The notes under the pieces are model-generated. The model ran no database searches. It worked only from the letters and a program-made list of their open reading frames with translations, and was not told the DNA's origin. A program made the position numbers and the translations under genes. Of a DNA stretch of 20,000 nt, positions 1-6,264 are shown one piece after another (the first letter of the stretch is position 1; each line of letters begins with the position of its first letter). The stretch is from an uncultured virus (IMG/VR IMGVR_UViG_3300014205_000018) (taxonomy: Duplodnaviria > Heunggongvirae > Uroviricota > Caudoviricetes): IMG/VR virus record IMGVR_UViG_3300014205_000018; one strand, written 5' to 3'.

Positions 1-205
1 CATTGGCTTCATCCCCGAACGCTCTCTCCAGTGCGTTGCTGTACCGGTACGCGTCAGTGAAGTAAGGCGGGAACTTGCCGAACACATCGTAGAAATGCCA
101 GTGTGCACACGTGATGCACCCTGCTGCGAACATCTTGCATCGTGGGCCTGCGTTACCCCGCGATGGGTGGTGCATGGACTTGCGTTTGAACTGGCGTTGT
201 TTCAT
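1..205 (-). CDS. Hypothetical phage protein, runs off the left edge (MKQRQFKRKS...RCKMFAAGCITCAHWHF...)
   Basis: Translated by hand. Its ATG (205-203) overlaps the TGA of the upstream ORF (ATGA coupling) and the frame is open to the window edge. Cys/His cluster. Confidence 0.6.
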   Translation of the reverse strand, partial: MKQRQFKRKSMHHPSRGNAGPRCKMFAAGCITCAHWHFYDVFGKFPPYFTDAYRYSNALERAFGDEAN

Positions 206-390
206 ACCCCTGCCCCCGGTGCCGGCGTGCTGTGCTGCAGCCGCGTCATCCTGCGCTTGGCAAGGCGTGCTGCTGCCTTGGCCTTGAGCCGCTTGTCGCG
301 CTCGATGCGCGCCCTGCGGTTGGCCTCGGTGATGCTGGGGTCGCGATGGGCCTTGGCCTTTGGGGCCGGGGTTGGTTTCTTGTCTTTCAT
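202..390 (-). CDS. Small basic hypothetical protein (62 aa, MKDKKPTPAP...)
   Basis: RBS leader AGGAGCATGACATG at 401-388; coupled to its neighbours; Lys/Arg-rich. Confidence 0.65.
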   Translation of the reverse strand: MKDKKPTPAPKAKAHRDPSITEANRRARIERDKRLKAKAAARLAKRRMTRLQHSTPAPGAGV

Positions 391-797
391 GTCATGCTCC
401 TTGGTTGATCGATGCACATCAATACGGCAATACGCAGAGCCTGCCCCGGCGTAACCTCGTAGTTGCCAGAGTAGCTGACGCAGTTGGCCCGGAAGATACG
501 CTGCACCTCGTCGTTGCGCGTGTGCATCGTTGCCTTCACGTCGTCCGCGCGCCGCGGGTCCACGCGTGGCACCCTGGCGTTCTCGGGCCAGTAGTCGGTC
601 CAGAATATCCGGGCTAAACCTTCGGCCGCTGGCGTGAGCGCATAGTGCGCCGCTGTTTCGGCCTTAAGCGCCGGATACGAAACCCCACTCCAGTTGCTGC
701 CGTCCCACCAGCGCCAGCAGTTTTCGTTACTGTATACGCTCGCGTTCCACCATCCCACATGTGGCGGTGGGCCCTTGTGCCAAATACGTTCTTTCAT
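387..797 (-). CDS. Hypothetical phage protein, Trp-rich N-terminus (136 aa)
   Basis: Leader CAGAAGGAGAGTGAGATG; WHKGPPPHVGWWNAS...WRWWDGSNWS motif; stop overlaps the next start. Confidence 0.75.
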   Translation of the reverse strand: MKERIWHKGPPPHVGWWNASVYSNENCWRWWDGSNWSGVSYPALKAETAAHYALTPAAEGLARIFWTDYWPENARVPRVDPRRADDVKATMHTRNDEVQRIFRANCVSYSGNYEVTPGQALRIAVLMCIDQPRSMT

Positions 798-828
798 CTC
801 ACTCTCCTTCTGGGGTATCCCCCGTTGT

Positions 829-851
829 TAACTCCCGACCATCGGGAGTTA
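829..851. repeat. 23-bp palindrome copy 1, TAACTCCCGA-CCA-TCGGGAGTTA
   Basis: Perfect 10-bp inverted arms, intergenic. Confidence 0.95.
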
Positions 852-856
852 AGGTT

Positions 857-1474
857 TCACTTGACCATTGCTGGCGCAGCCTGGGGTGCCGGCAGGGCCT
901 TGAGGTGCTTGTTGAGCAGCATCTGGAATGGTACGGGGTTAGGTGCCACGTTGGTCTGCGGGAACACCTCCTCCACGAACACGCGCAGCTCGGGCCAGGA
1001 GTCCAGCACCACTTTGGTCGTGCGCCCGTCGATCTGCGCAACGATGTCCTTGCGCATGGCCTTCGCCTTGTCTTGCAGATCGCTGACGTACTTGCTCTGC
1101 TTGTTGAGCAGATCGATCGTCTTGGGCGCGGTGATGTTGACTATCGACAGTACGTGTTCAGGCACAGTAGCCTTGTCATCATCGGCGGCGTACACCATGA
1201 CGTTGTGCTGCACCTTCTTATCCTTGCCCTTGACGTCCCACTGCAACGTGGCCTGCCCCACTCTACGGTAGTGACCATTGCCCTGGTCACCGTGCGCTTT
1301 GTAGATTGCGCGTGCAATCTCGCGCGTGAACCCACAACCTTGCACTGCCTCGTAGTACGCTGCGAGCAGCATTGTGTTGAACGTCTCTTGCGCGGGTACC
1401 AGCAGATGCTCGAACGCTTTCGTGGATACCCGCGTTGCGATCAGGAATGCTGTTTGGTTGTTTATCTTTGCCAT
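857..1474 (-). CDS. Hypothetical protein, possibly Nmad5-like (nucleotide modification associated domain 5)
   Basis: 205 aa; leader AGGAGCATGACATG; C-terminal I..RTTKVVLDSWPE resembles the Nmad5 T.K.L...WPE signature (recalled, not searched). Confidence 0.55.
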   Translation of the reverse strand: MAKINNQTAFLIATRVSTKAFEHLLVPAQETFNTMLLAAYYEAVQGCGFTREIARAIYKAHGDQGNGHYRRVGQATLQWDVKGKDKKVQHNVMVYAADDDKATVPEHVLSIVNITAPKTIDLLNKQSKYVSDLQDKAKAMRKDIVAQIDGRTTKVVLDSWPELRVFVEEVFPQTNVAPNPVPFQMLLNKHLKALPAPQAAPAMVK

Positions 1475-1505
1475 GTCATGCTCCTATGGGGTTGTTGCCC
1501 CGTTG

Positions 1506-1973
1506 TTACCGGCTGCCGGCCGGTGCGGTTTTCAGGTGCGCGTTGTGCACCAGATTCTCAGGATTGAAATTCATCACGCACGCTGGGTAGTAGCTGTCAG
1601 AGTAGCTCGTGCCGACCTCAAGGACAACGCCGCCTGTCTCCACGTCGATGAGGCGCAGGATATCGGCCTCGGGGGTCTCAGCGTCCCAACCACGAACACC
1701 GTATACCTCGGCTCGTACGATGACGGGTCCGAAGCTGTTCGTTATCGGCTTGTCCGAGACCTCCACATCACCCGCAGATGAGCGATACCCATCGTCGGGG
1801 TCCTCCGTAACGGTGTAGGTCACACCATCGATGCGAAAGCTGATGCAGTCGACCTCTTCGGTGTTGCCGTGGTAGTGGGTGTGCGTGCCCTTGCCGTAGT
1901 CCACACCCGTGAGTAGGTGCAGGCCAGGGGGTCGCGCGAGTTGCACGAATATGGGCTCGTCGTTCTCTTTCAT
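1506..1973 (-). CDS. Acidic hypothetical phage protein (155 aa; EDPDDGYRSS and GTSYSDSYYP motifs)
   Basis: ATG at 1973 overlaps the upstream TGA; GGGGGAG RBS. Confidence 0.75.
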   Translation of the reverse strand: MKENDEPIFVQLARPPGLHLLTGVDYGKGTHTHYHGNTEEVDCISFRIDGVTYTVTEDPDDGYRSSAGDVEVSDKPITNSFGPVIVRAEVYGVRGWDAETPEADILRLIDVETGGVVLEVGTSYSDSYYPACVMNFNPENLVHNAHLKTAPAGSR

Positions 1974-2254
1974 CTCCCCCTGGCCTCCTCTTGCGCGATC
2001 ATGTAGTCGATCCACTGCAAGCGGCCGTTACGGAAGTCACGGAAGTCCATGCGCTTCCATGTCTCGTAGTGATTCTCATACAGCCACCCGCCGTAACTAG
2101 CGCAACCCTCCAGCTGACGCTCGATACGTTTGCAGTACCGTTTGTGCCCGGTCACACGCTCAAGCGCGTAGCAGATGAAAGCTACCTTGTAACTCGCTAT
2201 CAACGGGCGCGCGGCAATGAGCGCCTCGCGGAATGTCATTTGTTTCTTTCTCAT
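1970..2254 (-). CDS. Hypothetical phage protein (94 aa, MRKKQMTFREAL...)
   Basis: Start reassigned to 2254 on the basis of leader CAGAAGGAGAGTGAGATG. Confidence 0.7.
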   Translation of the reverse strand: MRKKQMTFREALIAARPLIASYKVAFICYALERVTGHKRYCKRIERQLEGCASYGGWLYENHYETWKRMDFRDFRNGRLQWIDYMIAQEEARGR

Positions 2255-2255
2255 C

Positions 2256-2480
2256 TCACTCTCCTTCTGGAGCTGGTGGTAGTAGTTCTTCGTATGGGTT
2301 GCCATCGAAGAACGTAGCTACGGGTGTGAACACAAAATCACCGTTGTCGTACCCAACCATGCACAGCACTACCACCGGCTTACCGCTGGCTTTGCCTGTG
2401 CACTCCATGAGCGCTACGTCTCCTGCCGCGAACGCCTTTTTCAGCGTGTCAAAGTTTTTCTTGTGACCTTTTTGTATCAT
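2256..2480 (-). CDS. Hypothetical protein, DUF6117-like (74 aa)
   Basis: NFDTLKKAF..GDVALMEC...NPYEELLPP pattern recalled for DUF6117; same 18-nt leader. Confidence 0.6.
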   Translation of the reverse strand: MIQKGHKKNFDTLKKAFAAGDVALMECTGKASGKPVVVLCMVGYDNGDFVFTPVATFFDGNPYEELLPPAPEGE

Positions 2481-2481
2481 C

Positions 2482-3447
2482 TCACTCTCCTTCTGACGCC
2501 TCACCGGCGTCGGTACCTAACTCCCGACCATCGGGAGTTAGTGATTCGGTTTCTGGTGCCTCGCCCTGACCATTGCTGCCCGGGCCGGGCTCCGCCCGCT
2601 CCCCTGGACTTCGGGTATGTCCATCCCCGCCAGCATCGCGCTCCTCTGCGCGGAGTCTGGCTCTCGTGTCAGGGTCCAGCACGTGCGTCCAGTCCACTGG
2701 AGGAACATCTTCCCAAGAGATTGATGAGGTGTGGGATGTTTTGTTGCCGATGACGCGCAGGGCTTCGAGTGCGGCGCGCCGGCGCTCGGTGAGGATGCGG
2801 GGGATCGTTGCGGTGAACGTGTTATCACTATCTTTCAGCGCCTGCTCAGCTGCCTCCCACGCCTTCACATGCTCCTGGGGTTTCTCGGCCAGCACCTGCC
2901 AGCGCACGCGCAGGGCCTCGCGCTGCGCCAGTGTGGAGAATGGGATCAGGGTGCGGCCGCGCGCACCCTTGCCTGCCACCTTGGTGTCCTTCTGCACGTC
3001 GCGCAGTGCTTCGGTGTACTTGTCCCTGATGTGCGGGGGTATCCACGAGGGCCATAAGGTGGTGCGCTCACCCAATGGAGGGAGTGGCGGGTCGCGATCG
3101 GCGCGTGCATGGTTGAGTTCAGTCCTGGCCTTGCGAATCTCCTGCAAGGTAGGCTCCGGGTTCTCGGGCGTGCCGCGCAGTGCAGATGTGATCTCGGCAC
3201 GGGTTTTCTCCAACAGCTTGGCATATAGGTTGTAGACCTCAGCCTTCGCTGGCGTCGCGCCGGGTGCACGCGCCGACGATCGCGCAGACTTCAGGCACTC
3301 GCTCAACATGATTAATTGATCGGCCATCCGATCTTCTGCGCTCAACTGGCGCACCTTCGCGAATGCATTCATGAGTCGGTACTGCATTTGCGGTGGTATT
3401 TCAGCGTGGGCCATGGCCCGGCGCAATGATTTGTCCAATGATTCCAT
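2482..3447 (-). CDS. Hypothetical protein (321 aa, helical, low-complexity C-terminus)
   Basis: Long ORF with GAGGAG RBS at 3462-3457; stop lies inside the next gene's leader. Confidence 0.75.
   Translation of the reverse strand: MESLDKSLRRAMAHAEIPPQMQYRLMNAFAKVRQLSAEDRMADQLIMLSECLKSARSSARAPGATPAKAEVYNLYAKLLEKTRAEITSALRGTPENPEPTLQEIRKARTELNHARADRDPPLPPLGERTTLWPSWIPPHIRDKYTEALRDVQKDTKVAGKGARGRTLIPFSTLAQREALRVRWQVLAEKPQEHVKAWEAAEQALKDSDNTFTATIPRILTERRRAALEALRVIGNKTSHTSSISWEDVPPVDWTHVLDPDTRARLRAEERDAGGDGHTRSPGERAEPGPGSNGQGEAPETESLTPDGRELGTDAGEASEGE
2518..2540. repeat. 23-bp palindrome copy 2 (spacer CCA)
   Basis: Identical to copy 1; lies inside the 3' end of 2482..3447. Confidence 0.95.
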
Positions 3448-3524
3448 GATTAATTACTCCTCAAAAAGGATCAGTGTAGCAGGCTTCTATGTCGGACCCT
3501 GCCAGTAGAATAGACGAAACACGA

Positions 3525-3844
3525 TTTGGGGCATCCATTCTTCGCGGCGTGCCGGCGTAGGGCCAAGGCACATCTCGCGCAAGTCGTTGTCGCGTAAGGA
3601 AAAATAGTTGGCGAGTGATCGAAAGTTTATAACACTCAGGAATGAGTGTGCGCCTAAGTTTCCCTGGCCATGTGTCCGGGAAAGTGCGCACGTATATGCA
3701 CATATATTTTCCCTCCCCCATATATATATTCTTTCTTTTAATAGAGATATATATATAAGAGGGCGCGCACATTCAAAATCAACGACTTAGCGCAGACGCT
3801 ACGTGGTGAGAGTACGCCACGTACGTGAAAATGGATGCCCCAAA
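3525..3844. other. Nested inverted-repeat region with (AT)n core; candidate replication origin
   Basis: 15-bp perfect IR 3525-3539/3830-3844; inner IR 3581-3589/3780-3788; AT-rich core 3721-3757. Confidence 0.45.
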
Positions 3845-3888
3845 GTGACGTGAAGGAAAAGTGTTGTATGCACGCAACACTTTCCCAC

Positions 3889-3911
3889 TAACTCCCGAGT
3901 TTCGGGAGTTA
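3889..3911. repeat. 23-bp palindrome copy 3 (spacer GTT)
   Basis: Arms identical to the other copies. Confidence 0.95.
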
Positions 3912-3928
3912 CGTCCGGCAGTTACTGA

Positions 3929-4309
3929 CTATTGCTGACCGTAGGACCCGCCGTTCGCGAGTTCGACGGTACGTCGTGCGTGGTGTGCCCGCGCAATGAG
4001 GCGGCGGTGCGCACGCGAGTGCCGGGTAATCACCATTGGGGCAACCAATGGGTCACCGTAGGTAGTCACGCCGTTGACGTAGCAGCGGGCATTGGCCCAA
4101 GGGAAGTCGATGACAGCTGGAGCTGGGGGCTGCAGCAGTGCCGGCACCTTGGGGTTGCGCGGGTACGTGAACGTGGCGTAGCTGATGCCATCGCTATGTC
4201 GGGTCTCGAGCAGTGTGATTCCCTCCTGCGTGGCTGCCTGCGCCAGGAGCGCGGGACGGATGTTGTCTTTGGCGATGCCGCGGGATGTGTAGCCTGATAC
4301 GAATTTCAT
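3929..4309 (-). CDS. Hypothetical phage protein (126 aa)
   Basis: Leader AGGAGAATGAAATG. Confidence 0.7.
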   Translation of the reverse strand: MKFVSGYTSRGIAKDNIRPALLAQAATQEGITLLETRHSDGISYATFTYPRNPKVPALLQPPAPAVIDFPWANARCYVNGVTTYGDPLVAPMVITRHSRAHRRLIARAHHARRTVELANGGSYGQQ

Positions 4310-4344
4310 TTCATTCTCCTAAGTGCCACTCTCGTGGCGGGTGT

Positions 4345-4367
4345 TAACTCCCGAACATCGGGAGTTA
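4345..4367. repeat. 23-bp palindrome copy 4 (spacer ACA)
   Basis: Arms identical. Confidence 0.95.
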
Positions 4368-4432
4368 GGCCAGCGAAGCTGACCCATGATGGCGCCTGCC
4401 CAATGCAAGCGCCACGAGGGTGAGCCTAGCCG

Positions 4433-4717
4433 TTACCAGAAGCGGCGCAGGATGTGCGCGCGGGCTTCGACCTCGGTACCGAAGCGGACTTCGGCCTCGG
4501 TCATGAAGTACAGCTTCGGCGCCACATCGCCCGGCTTGTAGCTGTCCTTGTCACGCACGATGACACCGCGCCCGTCACGCACGCAGGTCACATAGGGCAG
4601 CTTGAAGATATCCCCGAGATCAGCAGCATCCACGGGACGCGACTGCACGTAGGCTTGGGCAGCCATGACAGGAGCCTCGATATCGGCACGACGAAACAGG
4701 GTGTAAAGCAAATTCAT
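4433..4717 (-). CDS. Hypothetical phage protein (94 aa, MNLLYTLF...)
   Basis: Start reassigned to 4717 on the basis of leader AGGAGAATGAAATG. Confidence 0.7.
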   Translation of the reverse strand: MNLLYTLFRRADIEAPVMAAQAYVQSRPVDAADLGDIFKLPYVTCVRDGRGVIVRDKDSYKPGDVAPKLYFMTEAEVRFGTEVEARAHILRRFW

Positions 4718-4741
4718 TTCATTCTCCTGAAGATATACCAC

Positions 4742-4764
4742 TAACTCCCGACACTCGGGAGTTA
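4742..4764. repeat. 23-bp palindrome copy 5 (spacer CAC)
   Basis: Arms identical. Confidence 0.95.
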
Positions 4765-4871
4765 CCAACCCCGGTACCTGATTAATTAATCAGGGCACGT
4801 TGCATCTGCAACGGGGAAGGTGGAACCGGGTTAACCACCATCCGCATACTGAATGACTCCGTAATTATGTA

Positions 4872-5258
4872 TTACAGAGCCTTGATAGCAGCGATCGCCG
4901 CGGCCTTGCTGCCACACGTTTCGATGAACGACGCAGCCGCTGCCTTCATGGCGCGTGTCACCTTGACTTCCTTGCGTGTCGTGTGGCCACTGCGCTCACC
5001 CACGATGGCATTGACCATGAGCGACAACATGTTCGCCGCAGTCTTGTAGGACTTGTGCGACTCAGGCAGCGTGAAGCCTTCGCCGCGCTCCTTCGCGACC
5101 AGCTTGATGTTGTAGTGCTCGGCGATGATGGGCATGCACTCGCTGCGCACGAAGGCGCGATCGCTCGGGTCTTCGAAGTGCGCACGCATGTCAGCGGCCA
5201 GGGTAGACAGCTTGGCATTGGTGTTGATGAAGGCAACGGCGAGGGATTTGAAAGACAT
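4872..5258 (-). CDS. Hypothetical phage protein (128 aa, MSFKSLAVAF...)
   Basis: RBS CAGGAGAACTACTATG; Ala/Lys-rich C-terminus. Confidence 0.75.
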   Translation of the reverse strand: MSFKSLAVAFINTNAKLSTLAADMRAHFEDPSDRAFVRSECMPIIAEHYNIKLVAKERGEGFTLPESHKSYKTAANMLSLMVNAIVGERSGHTTRKEVKVTRAMKAAAASFIETCGSKAAAIAAIKAL

Positions 5259-5334
5259 AGTAGTTCTCCTGAAGATGTTGGCACATCGCCAACGCACAAC
5301 ACACGCGACATTGCATGTGCTGTGCGAGAGCGAC

Positions 5335-5357
5335 TAACTCCCGAGCGTCGGGAGTTA
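5335..5357. repeat. 23-bp palindrome copy 6 (spacer GCG)
   Basis: Arms identical. Confidence 0.95.
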
Positions 5358-5367
5358 GTGCGATTAA

Positions 5368-5565
5368 TTAATCGGTGCGCTGTTGCTGCTGCGCGTAGTA
5401 CGCGTTCCAATCAGCGGCGCCCATACGTTGCGCGACCTGCATCTCATGGGCCTGTGCGATCTCGAAGTTCCACGTATCTACCTGCTTGCTCATGCGTCGT
5501 GTGCGTTGCACAGCTGCAATGTAGCGGCGGATGATTGACTGGTTCGGTGTACGTTGTGCTTGCAT
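5368..5565 (-). CDS. Hypothetical protein, first gene of the leftward arm (65 aa, MQAQRTPNQ...)
   Basis: Leader AGGAGCATGACATG at 5576-5563. Confidence 0.65.
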   Translation of the reverse strand: MQAQRTPNQSIIRRYIAAVQRTRRMSKQVDTWNFEIAQAHEMQVAQRMGAADWNAYYAQQQQRTD

Positions 5566-5613
5566 GTCATGCTCCTGTGTATGTCCCAGAGCCAATCCCC
5601 AGAACATGTCCAT

Positions 5614-5622
5614 ATCTTAACA
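5614..5622 (-). promoter_or_regulatory. Candidate extended -10 promoter (TGTTAAGAT) for the leftward operon
   Basis: TGn-TAAGAT about 50 nt upstream of the first leftward ATG; no clear -35. Confidence 0.3.
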
Positions 5623-5740
5623 ATGGGGGGTATAAAGCCCCATTACAGGGGGGCCGGCAGGGGGTAGAGGGGGTGGGGGCCCCCTTATAGGTAGCACAGT
5701 GGCGCAGATATATAAACACTGTTCCACTCAAATCCTCGGA

Positions 5741-5855
5741 ATTTGCTAAGAAATGAACATGATTAATTAATCGTGCCACTCAAACGATTGGTTTTGCTAT
5801 GCTTTTTGTAGCATAGCTTTGGTATTTGTTAAGAAATGAACATGATTAATTAATC
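5741..5855 (+). repeat. 32-bp direct repeat pair (5741-5772 and 5824-5855)
   Basis: ATTTG(C/T)TAAGAAATGAACATGATTAATTAATC, one mismatch. Confidence 0.9.
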
Positions 5856-5983
5856 AGACTGCAGCCTAAAGGCGTTTTGTCAAGAAGTTGACAACCCGGG
5901 CCCAAAAAATTTTTTGCAAAAAATTCCGCAGGGTGGTGTAGAATCTGTCAAGTTATGAACACCCAACCCGCAAAGGAAACGAC

Positions 5984-6190
5984 ATGGAAAAATCTTTAGG
6001 CGAAGCCCTCCCGGAAGAACAGGCCCGCGTACGGGTGGTTCTCGGGCACTACAGGGAGATCGGACCGGCCGGGACGTTTGGCGCCGTAATGATCGAGCAG
6101 TCCTTGGCCGCCGCCGACCGCGCGGTCATGAGTGGCGATGTAGTGGCCATGCTCAGGGCGTACCAAGACCTGCGCGACATCACGGGCTGA
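5984..6190 (+). CDS. Small hypothetical phage protein (68 aa)
   Basis: AAAGGAAA RBS; helical protein; first rightward gene. Confidence 0.7.
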   Translation: MEKSLGEALPEEQARVRVVLGHYREIGPAGTFGAVMIEQSLAAADRAVMSGDVVAMLRAYQDLRDITG

Positions 6191-6196
6191 CCAGCC

Positions 6197-6232
6197 AAAA
6201 AAATCCCCGCAGAGCCAAACTCGATGCGGGGA
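6197..6232 (-). terminator. Intrinsic terminator-like hairpin on the minus strand
   Basis: TCCCCGCA/TGCGGGGA stem followed by T7 on the minus strand. Confidence 0.45.
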
Positions 6233-6264
6233 CCAAGGTCTTTGCATGACCAAGGAGCACGACA

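Noticed and set aside
799..1041. 80-aa ORF ending LTPDGREL...PEGE
   Set aside because: Overlaps the better-supported 857..1474 gene out of frame; the similarity comes from the DNA repeat
3461..3772. 103-aa ORF across the AT-rich region
   Set aside because: Tyr/Ile-rich translation of TA repeats, no RBS, atypical codon usage
4727..5275. CTGAAGA at about 4727 and 5269 as hammerhead ribozyme cores
   Set aside because: No GAAA after a stem II; the sequence is simply the reverse complement of the shared leader ATCTTCAGGAG
829..5357. Palindromes as a CRISPR array
   Set aside because: Spacing is 0.4-1.7 kb with whole genes between copies, and no cas genes are present
829..5357. Palindromes as intrinsic terminators or N4-type hairpin promoters
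   Set aside because: No U-tract on either side, and the 3-nt loop is not conserved as N4 vRNAP promoters require
5877..5894. TTGACA boxes as sigma70 promoters
   Set aside because: No -10 hexamer at about 17 bp spacing on either strand
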